Shown: piece after piece, positions 17,927-27,255 of the stretch
Position numbering within the stretch: the first letter of the stretch is position 1
Layout: each line of letters opens with the position of its first letter
Made by a program: the position numbers and the translations under genes
Origin: Novosphingopyxis sp.
GTDB taxonomy: Bacteria; Pseudomonadota; Alphaproteobacteria; Sphingomonadales; Sphingomonadaceae
Assembly: GCF_965218915.1 (NCBI RefSeq)
Contig: NZ_OZ244711.1
Location: 8,529-72,528, forward strand
DNA: 64,000 bases
Direction: 5' to 3'
The notes under the pieces: model-generated
Database searches by the model: none
Told to the model about the DNA's origin: nothing
Seen by the model: the letters and a program-made list of their open reading frames with translations, nothing else

Positions 17927-18063
17927 GATGCTCTCTCCTTAGGGTGTAACGGCGCGACTGCTCTACGGACGGCGACCCGGCCGCTAAGGGTCGGGCTAAT
18001 CTCTGAGAGGAATTTGCGTGTTGAGTTCCTTCCCGTCGATAACGACCGCCTTGGCGTCGAGCA

Positions 18064-18699
18064 TTACAAACGGCCGTCTCCTCGGTCCTGTGGTGCCGTA
18101 ATGGCGAGTGCGTTCAGCAGCGAACAGATGATCTGGTAGCAGCCGGCGAGAATAATCATATCGAAAATCCCTTTCTCCCCGAACGCGCGCCGCGTGGCTT
18201 CAAATACGTCGTCCTCCACCTGGCGTCGGCCGACGAGCGCCAAGGTGAAGCGCTGTGCAGTTAGGTCGGCTTCGCCCAGTTCCGGCGGTGGCTCGCCGCG
18301 GATAAGTGCCTCGATCGTCTCCGATGACAGGCCGACCATCCGTGCCTCGGCGGTGTGCGCGTACAATTCGTAAGGAGCCCGCCAGACGGCACCGGTGCTA
18401 AGGATTACCACCTGCCGCGTCGCCGGGCCGAGCGCGGTGTTGCCGCTCTCCGCCTTTTGCAGCCCCAGCATCGCCGTGGCGATGTCCGGGCTGGCGAACA
18501 TCGGATTGAACGGGCCGATCATGCGACCATCGTCCAGCATCGCAGTAAAGCCGGCCTTGTGGGCCTCCGGTACGATCGTGGAAATCGCGTGGTCGTATAG
18601 CGTCTTGGCGCTTCCTGAAAACGAAGCAGGATCGTATAACGGAAAGCGGCCGCCGAGATCATTTTCATGTGCCGACGAATGCGTTTGGTCGGAGGTCAT
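18064..18699 (-). CDS. carboxymuconolactone decarboxylase (CMD/AhpD-like) family protein
   Basis: 211 aa. RQVVILSTGAVWRAPYELYAHTAEARMVGLS is typical of the CMD family. Confidence 0.75.
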   Translation of the reverse strand: MTSDQTHSSAHENDLGGRFPLYDPASFSGSAKTLYDHAISTIVPEAHKAGFTAMLDDGRMIGPFNPMFASPDIATAMLGLQKAESGNTALGPATRQVVILSTGAVWRAPYELYAHTAEARMVGLSSETIEALIRGEPPPELGEADLTAQRFTLALVGRRQVEDDVFEATRRAFGEKGIFDMIILAGCYQIICSLLNALAITAPQDRGDGRL

Positions 18700-18915
18700 A
18701 ATGGTTTGCTCCTATCGATCGATGCCGGTCGCGTGAGACAGCACGTCATAGGCGACGACCAGCTCAACCGCACGGTCGAACACAGATCCTGCGGCATTCG
18801 GCGGCCGCCGATCAGCGGGCTATCGATGTCGTGCACCACTTGCTGCCGCTCGTCGTCGAAGCTGACCGGCAGGCCTGCAACGAGTGCCGCCACCTTGTCC
18901 GCCGGCAGTCCGCCT

Positions 18916-19902
18916 TCACCCCGAGCGGTCCGCAGATGCAGCAACCTGCGGCAGTTCGACGCGCAGCACCTTGGCCGTGCGATACGTACCGTCAGGTGGT
19001 TGAGCGGTGCCGCCGTCCGTCAAGAAATAGCCGAGGCGGCCCTTGTCCCCAGGCGAGCGGCCCCACGCGCCCGCAGACGGTCCGACGAGCGTCTCGGTGA
19101 ACGGTTCGCCAGCAATCACGGTCCTGCCTGCGCGATTGCCGTCTGGTGCCAAGCGGACCAGGTCGATGGTGTTCTCGCGGTGCGTGGTGACGTAGGCGAC
19201 GCCCGCTTCGGCGTCGATGACGAAATCGTCCCACTCCCGTCCGCCGGCTACGAACTCGGGTAGTCCGATCGCGTCCCATGTGGCGGGATCTACCTTGACG
19301 CGCAGCATCATCTGCTGGGACGTCGTGGTGTAGTAGAGATACCCGCGTTGCGCGTCGAACTGGACACCGTTGGTGCCGGGCTGCTCGGGCTTCTTCTCGC
19401 CGGGGCGGTTCTTCATCGAGTCGTGCCGCAACCAAATCCGCGCCAACGCCGCGCCGACTCCGTCGAGATCGACCCGCCAGATCAGGTCCGCCATGCCCGC
19501 GGCGAGGAGCACATTCGGCGCAATCATGCAGCCGCCGTTGAGACCGGCCCATGGTTGAGGGAACTCGAGTATCTGCCGCGGACTGACTGCGGTGCCTGGT
19601 ATCCAACCGGACAGATCGAGCTCGTAAAGCCTCGCTCGACGGGTGTCATAGACGTCGGCCACACCGATTACGAACCGCTCGGCCTGCCATTCGACGACGA
19701 AGCAGGCGTTGTACTCGAAGGTGAACAGGTGAAGCGGCTCCACCGCAAGCGCCTCACGGGTCGCGGGAACAAACCAGAGCTCCTTCCGGTTGGCGACGGT
19801 GACCAGCATCGATCCGTCGGAGCGTATAGCCAGATTCTCGAGAAAGAAGTGCTCGGGGAACTCGGCAACGATGGTGAGCTTGGCTTGCGGTGAGTCAGGC
19901 AT
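18916..19902 (-). CDS. beta-propeller-like hypothetical protein (SMP-30/gluconolactonase-like fold suspected)
   Basis: 328 aa with repeated strand-rich blocks (..LYELDL.., ..YLYYTTT.., ..VAYVTTH..). Assignment is from general appearance only. Confidence 0.45.
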   Translation of the reverse strand: MPDSPQAKLTIVAEFPEHFFLENLAIRSDGSMLVTVANRKELWFVPATREALAVEPLHLFTFEYNACFVVEWQAERFVIGVADVYDTRRARLYELDLSGWIPGTAVSPRQILEFPQPWAGLNGGCMIAPNVLLAAGMADLIWRVDLDGVGAALARIWLRHDSMKNRPGEKKPEQPGTNGVQFDAQRGYLYYTTTSQQMMLRVKVDPATWDAIGLPEFVAGGREWDDFVIDAEAGVAYVTTHRENTIDLVRLAPDGNRAGRTVIAGEPFTETLVGPSAGAWGRSPGDKGRLGYFLTDGGTAQPPDGTYRTAKVLRVELPQVAASADRSG

Positions 19903-20431
19903 GATTCCGGGCCTCCTGGGAAAGGTTTTTCACGCCGGCTCGGAGCGGAGATGGCCAACATGCTGAGTAAGCCGCAGACGACACGGGAGCAGTCGGCGAG
20001 CACCGCAAGGCGACGAGTTCCTTCTCGCCGAATTGCCCCAAGACATCAGCGTTTAGGTCATCGTTCACGCATTTTGCGGAGACGCCGGCCTGGTGGGCGA
20101 CTGCCGCGTGTGCGTAGAGTTCGTAAGGCGCCTGCCAGCCCGACCCCACGCTCAGGATGGCGACCTGGCGGACACGGTCTGACAGGTTGGTGAGCCTGCC
20201 TTCATCGGTCTGCAGCTGTAGGAATGCCAGCGCGATTTCCGGGCTTTGCAGCATCGGGTTGAACCGGCGGATGGAGCGACCTTCGGCAGTCTTAGCTTTG
20301 ACGCCGAGCCTCTCAGCCAGGGTGCCCATGCTCGGGTCCACTTGTTTGGCCAGCGTGACCTGTGCCGGGCTCAGTTCGGATCTGCTCAGGAGTGGCAAGC
20401 GGCCGCCAAGCCAGGTTTCAGGATCGGACAT
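19895..20431 (-). pseudogene. CMD-family paralog with an internal deletion and a 3' frameshift
   Basis: Starts MSDPETWLGG with a GAGGAGG SD. Matches the 18064-18699 paralog through RQVAILSVGSGWQAPYELYAHAAVAHQAGVS, then skips about 40 aa. The expected C-terminus (CGLLSMLAISAP vs ICSLLNALAITAP) lies in another frame (ORF 19668-20003). Confidence 0.55.
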
Positions 20432-20451
20432 CGGACCTCCTCGTTGCATTT

Positions 20452-21039
20452 CTATTGGTCCAGGCCATTGGCATCTGCGTTCGCCGGCACGTCGAAGACG
20501 GCCAGCGTCATGCAAACCATCGTGAACCAGCCAATCAGCACCGCGACATCGACGAGCCCGGGATCGCCGATTCGCTCGCGGGCCGTGCGGTAAAGCCCGA
20601 GCGAGACCAGCCGCGGCTGAACCAATGCATAGGCGACCTGGTAGACGACATCCTCGCGCGGATCATCGAACGATACCGGCAGGCCGGCGATCAGCCGCTT
20701 GACCGTTTCAGGTGCGAGCTGCCCTTGGTTCTCCCCGATCGCCTCGTGCTCATAGCTTGCGTAGGCGGAAAGCCAGCGCGCGTTGACGAGATTGGTGACG
20801 ATCTCGATCTCGCTCTTCGTCAGCGATGAATGCCTCTGGTAGTAGAGACCCGTCGGAACGATGGTTTTCGACAAGGCGGGGTTGGCCAGCCAGATGCGGT
20901 GTGGACCGGGAACGAGCCCGCGCAGTCGCTTGGTAAATTCATAGGCCTCCCGCATCTCGGCCGGCATGTCGGCGACCGGAACTTCGCGGTATCGCCCGAA
21001 CGTGCCGAAGTCGGCTGCTTTGAACATCGGGTCAGTCAT
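20452..21039 (-). CDS. CMD/AhpD-like family protein
   Basis: 195 aa. LTKSEIEIVTNLVNARWLSAYASYEHEAIG is a CMD core motif. Confidence 0.7.
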   Translation of the reverse strand: MTDPMFKAADFGTFGRYREVPVADMPAEMREAYEFTKRLRGLVPGPHRIWLANPALSKTIVPTGLYYQRHSSLTKSEIEIVTNLVNARWLSAYASYEHEAIGENQGQLAPETVKRLIAGLPVSFDDPREDVVYQVAYALVQPRLVSLGLYRTARERIGDPGLVDVAVLIGWFTMVCMTLAVFDVPANADANGLDQ

Positions 21040-21063
21040 TCGAACATTCCTTTTAAAGAGCGT

Positions 21064-22521
21064 TCATCGCGAGATCGGTGGCGGCGGCGCATCGGCAATC
21101 TCCCAACCGCCGCCGAGTGCGCGATACAAGGCGACCAGATCCGTCGTGATTTCGGTGGCGATCGTGGCCAGGTCGTTCTGCGTCTGCAGCAGCTGCGATT
21201 GGGCCGAGTTGACGTTCAGGAAGTCGGCCGCGCCCTCGGTGTATTGCTGCCGGGCGGCACGGAGCGCGATCTCGTTCTGCTTGACCGCCATGGCGAGTTG
21301 GGCCTGGCGACGCTGCGCCTCGGCGTACGCGGTGAGCGCGTTGTCCACCTCCTGCCAGGCTTGCAGCACGGTGCGCTGGAAGGCGATGCCGGCTTCGCGT
21401 TGCTGCGACTTGCGCAGCTGCAGCTCGCCGCGCAGGCGTCCGCCCTGGAAGATGGGCAGTGAGATGGAGGGGCCGACCGTGAATGCCCGCGACGGCAGGC
21501 TGAAGGCGTCGCGCAGGCGCAGGCCTTCGAGATTGAAGCTGCCGACGAGCGTGATGTCGGGGTAGAAATTGGCGACTGCGACACCGGTGTCGGCAGTGGC
21601 GGCATGAAGCTCGGCTTCGGCTTGGCGCACGTCCGGCCGTCGCCGGACCAGGGCGCCGGGAACCCCGATGGGGACGATGGCGGGCACGCCGGGCAGGGCC
21701 GCACGGGGTCGGAGCTCGGCTTCCAGCGCGCGTGGTGGCTCGGCGAGCAGGAAGCCGATAGCGTTGATCAGGGCCGCCTGACGAGTGCGCAGCGGCGGGA
21801 CGGTGCTGGCGACGGTCGCCAGCTGCGCCTGGGCTTGCGCCATGTCGAGTGCGTTGGCGACCCCGTTCGCAACGCGGTTGCGCACCAGCTTGGCGTTCTG
21901 CTCGACGAGGCCCAGGTTGCGTTCGGCGATGCCGAGCTGGGCCTGGACGCCGCGCAGTTGCAGGTAGTCCTGGGCGAGGTCAGCGAGGGCGGCAAGGGCG
22001 ATGCCGTGCCGGCTTTCGACGGAGCTGAGGGTGCGGGCGTCCGCGGCTTCGACGGCGCGGCGGACGCGGCCGAACAGGTCGAGTTCCCAGGAGGAGTCCA
22101 GCCCGTTCTGGAACAGGTCGTATTCGATCGGTGCTCCCGGGGCAGGCTCGACGAGCGAAACGAAACCCGTCGGGCTCTGCCGTTCCCGTTTGTAAGACGA
22201 GCGGCCGCTGATCTGAGGCAGGCCTTGGGCGGCCGCGACCCGGGTCTGCGCGCGGCCCTGCATGATCCGCTCGGCAGCCGATTTGAGGTCCAGGTTCTGG
22301 GTCGCGAGCCGGGTCACGAGGGAGGTGAGCACCGGATCGTCGAAGCTGCGCCACCAGGTCGGGTCGACCGCGGTGGCGACGGTCCGACTCGGCACGCCGC
22401 CCAGCTCGGGCGCCCAGACGCTGGGTGACGCAACGACGGGTGGCTGGAAGTCGGGGCCGACGGTGCAGGCACCCAGGCCGGCGCAGGCCAGCAGCCCTGC
22501 GAGAGTCCGCGCGCGCATCAC
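21064..22521 (-). CDS. efflux transporter outer-membrane factor lipoprotein, NodT family
   Basis: 485 aa. Lipobox LACAGLGAC followed by TVGPDFQPP, the hallmark NodT/OprM N-terminus. Start overlaps the upstream HlyD gene stop. Confidence 0.9.
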   Translation of the reverse strand: MMRARTLAGLLACAGLGACTVGPDFQPPVVASPSVWAPELGGVPSRTVATAVDPTWWRSFDDPVLTSLVTRLATQNLDLKSAAERIMQGRAQTRVAAAQGLPQISGRSSYKRERQSPTGFVSLVEPAPGAPIEYDLFQNGLDSSWELDLFGRVRRAVEAADARTLSSVESRHGIALAALADLAQDYLQLRGVQAQLGIAERNLGLVEQNAKLVRNRVANGVANALDMAQAQAQLATVASTVPPLRTRQAALINAIGFLLAEPPRALEAELRPRAALPGVPAIVPIGVPGALVRRRPDVRQAEAELHAATADTGVAVANFYPDITLVGSFNLEGLRLRDAFSLPSRAFTVGPSISLPIFQGGRLRGELQLRKSQQREAGIAFQRTVLQAWQEVDNALTAYAEAQRRQAQLAMAVKQNEIALRAARQQYTEGAADFLNVNSAQSQLLQTQNDLATIATEITTDLVALYRALGGGWEIADAPPPPISR

Positions 22522-23741
22522 CGAGGCGCGGTCACGCGATTGGCGGAATCCCGCTGATCGGCGACCACGTTTTCCAGCCCGGTGTGGATGGTGGTCTCGA
22601 CCGAGAAGCCGACCCGCAGCAGCTTGGCCAGCTTCTGGTTCGGCGACAGTGCGATCTTGACCGGCAGGCGCTGCACGATCTTCGTGAAGTTGCCGGTCGC
22701 ATTGATCGGCGGCACCGGGGAGAAGGCGGCCCCGGAGGCCGGGGCGACCCCGACCACGACGCCGTCGAGGTCGATGTCGTAGGCGTCCACGTGCACGGTC
22801 GCCTTCTGGCCGTTGCGGACGTGGCGCAGGTCGAGCTCGCGGTAGTTGGCCTCGATGTAAACGGCGTCGAGCGGCACCACGACCATGGCGGTGCTGCCAG
22901 GGGCGAGATTATCGCCGACCTGGATGCTGCGCTGGCCAATCATGCCGTCGATGGGTGCGACGATGCGGGTGTAGGAGAGATTGAGCCGGGCCTGCTCCAG
23001 TTGCGCCTGATCGGCCTTCACCACGGCATCCTGCGAGGACTTCTTCGCTTCGAGCACCTGCATCTGCCGCTTCGTTGCCTCCAAGGCGGCTTGCGCTGCT
23101 TGTAGCGACGCCTTGCCCTGTTCGGCGGCGGAGTCTGCTTGTTGCTTCTGCTGCCCGGTGCCGGCCCCGGTGGCGGCTAGATTGACGTAGCGGCGCTGGT
23201 TGGCCTGGGTGAAGGCGAGGCTGGCCTGGGCGGAAGCCACCGCCGCCTGCTGCTCGGTGATCAGCGCGGGCTGCCGTGCCACGTTGGCTGCCGCGTCGAC
23301 GACCTGGGCCGTGTCGCGCTCGAGCGCTGCTTCAGCCATCGAAACGGCGGTCTGGTAGTCACGGGGATCAAGCGTGACCAGCAGCTGCCCGGCCCGGACC
23401 ACGTCGGTGTCGTTGACAAGCACTTCGCTCACATAACCGGACACGCGGGGTGAGATGCGGGCGTAGTGCACGCGCACGTAGGCGTCGTTGGTCCAGACGT
23501 TCGGGCGGGGTGCGAACACCTCGTAGAGCACGACGGCAACGAACACGAGCACGATGAGACCGCCGACGACCCAGGGCCAACGCGCGGGGGGCGGCTTGGA
23601 CTTCTTTTCCTGATCGTCCTGCTTGTCAGGATTGCCGTGTTCCTGCTTGTCATGACCCTGCGGCTTGCTAGGCTGGTCGCTTCCAGGCTTGTCGCTGCCA
23701 GGCTTTGGCGGGGCCTTGCTCTGCGTCTCTGCGTCGCTCAC
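22518..23741 (-). CDS. HlyD/EmrA-type membrane fusion protein
   Basis: 407 aa with one N-terminal TM segment, coiled-coil, and lipoyl/barrel motifs (ISPRVSGYVSEVLVNDTDVVRAGQLLVTLDPRDYQ). Coupled to both the MFS and OMF genes. Confidence 0.9.
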   Translation of the reverse strand: MSDAETQSKAPPKPGSDKPGSDQPSKPQGHDKQEHGNPDKQDDQEKKSKPPPARWPWVVGGLIVLVFVAVVLYEVFAPRPNVWTNDAYVRVHYARISPRVSGYVSEVLVNDTDVVRAGQLLVTLDPRDYQTAVSMAEAALERDTAQVVDAAANVARQPALITEQQAAVASAQASLAFTQANQRRYVNLAATGAGTGQQKQQADSAAEQGKASLQAAQAALEATKRQMQVLEAKKSSQDAVVKADQAQLEQARLNLSYTRIVAPIDGMIGQRSIQVGDNLAPGSTAMVVVPLDAVYIEANYRELDLRHVRNGQKATVHVDAYDIDLDGVVVGVAPASGAAFSPVPPINATGNFTKIVQRLPVKIALSPNQKLAKLLRVGFSVETTIHTGLENVVADQRDSANRVTAPR

Positions 23742-25273
23742 GTCGCTGATCCCTGTTTTTCGGCGGCGATGATCCGGGGCGGCAGCGTGCGCTGCGGCAT
23801 GAACACCAGCACCACCATGAGTGCCACCGTCATTGCCGCCATGATGAGGAACGTGTCGGACATCGTCAGCACCTGGGCCTGCTGCTCAATGACCGGCTGC
23901 AAGGCGCTCATGCTGCCGGGCACTGGGTTGGACGGGATCGGAGACGCCCCAGGCAGCCGCCAGCGGTCTTGCCCGGCCTGGTCGGCCAGCCGGTTGTAGT
24001 GCAGTCCGCCGCGCCAGCGGTCGATCAACTGGATGAGCCACACACCCGTGGCCTCGGCGAGGGCGCGCGGCGTGTTGATCGCGGCTGAAATGAACGGCGC
24101 CTCCTCCGGCCCCTTCACGCTGTTGGTTGAGAACAGCAGCAGCGGCATGACGATCAGCGGTTGGCCAACGGCCTGGAACGCCTGCCACAGGTAGAACTGC
24201 CCCCGAAACCAGGTGGTCGTGAGCTGCGACGCCCCGATGCAGGAGATCAGGACGCAGACCAAGCCCACCATCTGGACGATCCGCGCATCGATCCGGCGGT
24301 GATCAAGCAACCACGCCGTCGCCGGCAGCAGCACGAGCTGCGACCCGGCGATGACGAAGGTGATCAGGTAGAACTGCTCCGGCCGGAACCCCTGCACCTC
24401 CTGTAAAAAGGAGTTCGGGACAGTCGAGCTGGACTGGCCGACAATGACGAACGTGAAGATCGCGATGCCGCCATAGGCAAGGTTGCGACGGCCGAACAGC
24501 TGCAGCTTGAGCAACGGCAGCGGATGGAACCACTCGTTGAGCAGCAGCAGCGGGACACCGACCGCACTGGCCAGGGCCAACATGCAGATCAAAGGAGAGT
24601 TGAACCAGTCGAACCGATCGCCCTGCTGCAGCATTGTCGTCAGGCTGCCGAGCCCGATGACGACCAGCAGAGCGCCGCGCCAGTCAAAAATGCGGAACCG
24701 CCCGTAGTCCGGTGAGTCCTGTTCCTCGCCATACCAGACCAGCAGGCCCGCCAGGACACACAGCGGCAGCGACTCCAGGAAGACAAACTGCCAGCCGACC
24801 AGGTCGGTCCAGAGGCCGGCCATAGCGGGTGAGAGCGCGGGGGTGAACGTGGCCGTCAGGGCATAGATGGCCAAGCCGTAAAGCTTGGTCGAAGGATCGA
24901 GCACCCTTAAGGTGGTGGTCATCAGCAGCGGGATGGTGAGCCCGCCGGATAGGCCCTGCAGGCCGCGCAACAGATAGAGCGCCGACGTTTGCGGGCAGAA
25001 CGGGATCAACCCGCTGGAAACCGCATTGAGGATGAAGACGAACAGAGTGAACTGCCGGAGCGTGAACGTCACCATCAGCCAGGGCGACAGCGCCATGCCG
25101 ACCACCTCGGCGGAGAGATACAGGCTGCTGAACCAGGTGCCTGGATCATGGCTGAGGCCCAGGCCACCCGAGACATCGCCCATGGCGTTGGAGGCGACCT
25201 GACTGTTGAAGTCCGCCGAAATGGAACCCAGAACGATTCCGGCAAGACCGAGGAAGGGCCGAATATTCATCAA
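23738..25273 (-). CDS. MFS drug:H+ antiporter (EmrB/DHA2-like, about 14 TM)
   Basis: 511-aa polytopic ORF and first gene of the pump triplet. Stop overlaps the HlyD start. Confidence 0.8.
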   Translation of the reverse strand: MMNIRPFLGLAGIVLGSISADFNSQVASNAMGDVSGGLGLSHDPGTWFSSLYLSAEVVGMALSPWLMVTFTLRQFTLFVFILNAVSSGLIPFCPQTSALYLLRGLQGLSGGLTIPLLMTTTLRVLDPSTKLYGLAIYALTATFTPALSPAMAGLWTDLVGWQFVFLESLPLCVLAGLLVWYGEEQDSPDYGRFRIFDWRGALLVVIGLGSLTTMLQQGDRFDWFNSPLICMLALASAVGVPLLLLNEWFHPLPLLKLQLFGRRNLAYGGIAIFTFVIVGQSSSTVPNSFLQEVQGFRPEQFYLITFVIAGSQLVLLPATAWLLDHRRIDARIVQMVGLVCVLISCIGASQLTTTWFRGQFYLWQAFQAVGQPLIVMPLLLFSTNSVKGPEEAPFISAAINTPRALAEATGVWLIQLIDRWRGGLHYNRLADQAGQDRWRLPGASPIPSNPVPGSMSALQPVIEQQAQVLTMSDTFLIMAAMTVALMVVLVFMPQRTLPPRIIAAEKQGSAT

Positions 25274-25285
25274 TGAGCCCCGCGC

Positions 25286-25993
25286 CTATCCCGCCGCTGC
25301 CGACCCGGCTTCGGCCGACCAAGCCGGTAAGGCTTGCTCGACCGGGATCAGCAGATGCACGGCCGCACCCCGCTCGCGCGGTTCCCACGCTGCGTATCCT
25401 CCCATCTGCCGGGCCAGTTCGGTCACCAACGTGCGGCCGAGCCCGCCCTGGTTGGAGGCGGAGGCTGAAAATCCGGCGCCGTCGTCCTCGACGCTGCAGC
25501 GCCACATGCCGGCGGCGACACGCCGGGAGGTGATGGTGATCTGGCCATTGGCCCTGCTTGCGAAGGCATGCTTCAGCGCGTTGACCACGAGTTCATGGAC
25601 GGCGCGTCCGAGCAGTCGGCACGTTGCTGCGGCGAGTTCGGTCTCATCGCAGTCTGCCGTGCAGGTCACGTTGCCGCTCGTGAAGTAGGCACCCCGGAGA
25701 TAGCCGCAGAACGCGTCGAGAAATTTCCGGGCCGAAACCGGTTCGTCGGCGACGGTCTCATCCAGCAACATATATAGTTGGCGGAGAACCCCCAGGCGCT
25801 CGGCGGCGGCGTTCAGCACCTGTCTTGCAGGAACATGCGTGCAGGTGCGAGCCTCAAGGGCGAGCATGCTCGCGGCGAGCTGGACGGCGTTGGAATAGCG
25901 GTGCCGCATCTCGTCGAATCGAACCTGGTCTAGACCCATCGCGAGGCCGTTCTGGGCGTCGGGCCTATGGTGTGCGACTGCTTCATCGTGCAT
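25286..25993 (-). CDS. stand-alone histidine kinase core (HisKA_2/HWE-type H-box plus HATPase), no sensor or receiver domain
   Basis: 235 aa. H-box EMRHRYSNAVQLAASML, N-box ELVVNALKHAF, and G-boxes VEDDGAGF / GGLGRTLV. Ends 13 nt before the MFS gene. Confidence 0.7.
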   Translation of the reverse strand: MHDEAVAHHRPDAQNGLAMGLDQVRFDEMRHRYSNAVQLAASMLALEARTCTHVPARQVLNAAAERLGVLRQLYMLLDETVADEPVSARKFLDAFCGYLRGAYFTSGNVTCTADCDETELAAATCRLLGRAVHELVVNALKHAFASRANGQITITSRRVAAGMWRCSVEDDGAGFSASASNQGGLGRTLVTELARQMGGYAAWEPRERGAAVHLLIPVEQALPAWSAEAGSAAAG

Positions 25994-26247
25994 GCGGGCG
26001 GCCCGATCTGATTGTGAGCCCCTGAGCGGCGGACTTGAGACATGTAGCGCCCTCCGCGACCGCGCTCCTTCAGATTTGGGACAAGACTTTCGTGATCCCG
26101 CCTTCTAGTTCCCGTTCCGGCGTGCGGCTCCGAGGACCGCCGACTCCAAAGAACGCGGGCGTCAGAAAACAAAAGTCGTGTCCAGTATTTGCAAGCAGGA
26201 CTACCCGACAGTCTTTACGGGAAGGGTGCTGATTCCGACTGCCAAGA

Positions 26248-27255
26248 TTGCCGGTGGAGACTCGAGGTCGCATGATCCACTTGACGCCGAGTTGTCCAGC
26301 CGAACATGCCGCCGGGCAGTATGCGCAGAACATCGCGCGGGCCGCCCGCTGCGCCGCCTTGGCGGCGGTCTCCCTCATGCTGGCCGGCTGCCAGCCCGCC
26401 GTGCTGGATCCGGCCGGGCCAGTCGGACGCGCCCAGCTTTCGATTTTCGTCGACTCGCTGGCGATCATGCTCGCCATCGTCGTCCCCACCATGATCGGCA
26501 CCCTGGCCTGCGCCTGGTGGTTCCGCCGCGGCAATGCCCGGGCGCAGCGCCTGCCGTACTGGTCATACTCCGGCCGGATCGAAATGGTGACCTGGGGGGT
26601 GCCGCTGCTGACCATCATGCTGCTGGGCGGCGTGGCCTGGGTCGGCGCCCACGAGCTCGACCCGGGGCGGTCGCTGCCGGGCGACAAGCCGCTCGAGATC
26701 CAGGCGGTGTCGCTGGATTGGAAGTGGCTGTTCATCTACCCCGAGCAGGGCGTCGCCAGCCTCAACGAGGTGGCGGTGCCGGCGGGCAAGCCGGTCCACT
26801 TCTTGCTGACCTCGGGGAGCGTGATGAACGCGTTCTTCGTGCCGCAGCTCGGCAGCATGATCTACACCATGAACGGCATGGTATCCGAGCTGCACCTGCA
26901 GGCGGACCACGAGGGCACGTTCGGCGGCCTGTCCTCGCACTATAGCGGCGACGGGTTCTCGGACATGCATTTCGCCGTTCGGTCCTTGGACGGGGACGGG
27001 TTCGCGCGCTGGATCGCCGCAGCGCACGCCGACGCGGCCGGGTTGGATGCGGCGTCCTACGCGCAGCTGGCCCGGCAGAGCACCAAGGACCCCGCACGCC
27101 AGTGGGGCCGGGTTGATCCGGAGCTGTTCGACAAGATCGTCAGCCAGCACCTGCCGCCCGGCCCGGGACCGAAACCGACGACGGGCGGCAAGTCGGGAAG
27201 CGCCAAGGCTGAGGGCGGCCCCGGCACATCCATCCGCATGGCAAAGGAACACTAG
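26248..27255 (+). CDS. cyoA: cytochrome o ubiquinol oxidase subunit II
   Basis: Lipobox LMLAGC, two TM segments, and a cupredoxin-like domain lacking CuA. Immediately precedes cyoB. Start uncertain (ATG 26272 also possible). Confidence 0.85.
   Translation: MPVETRGRMIHLTPSCPAEHAAGQYAQNIARAARCAALAAVSLMLAGCQPAVLDPAGPVGRAQLSIFVDSLAIMLAIVVPTMIGTLACAWWFRRGNARAQRLPYWSYSGRIEMVTWGVPLLTIMLLGGVAWVGAHELDPGRSLPGDKPLEIQAVSLDWKWLFIYPEQGVASLNEVAVPAGKPVHFLLTSGSVMNAFFVPQLGSMIYTMNGMVSELHLQADHEGTFGGLSSHYSGDGFSDMHFAVRSLDGDGFARWIAAAHADAAGLDAASYAQLARQSTKDPARQWGRVDPELFDKIVSQHLPPGPGPKPTTGGKSGSAKAEGGPGTSIRMAKEH

Noticed and set aside
26070-26735. 221-aa minus-strand ORF in the cyo promoter and cyoA region.
   Set aside because: It is antisense to cyoA with no motifs. 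The divergent spacer 25994-26247 is more plausibly regulatory.
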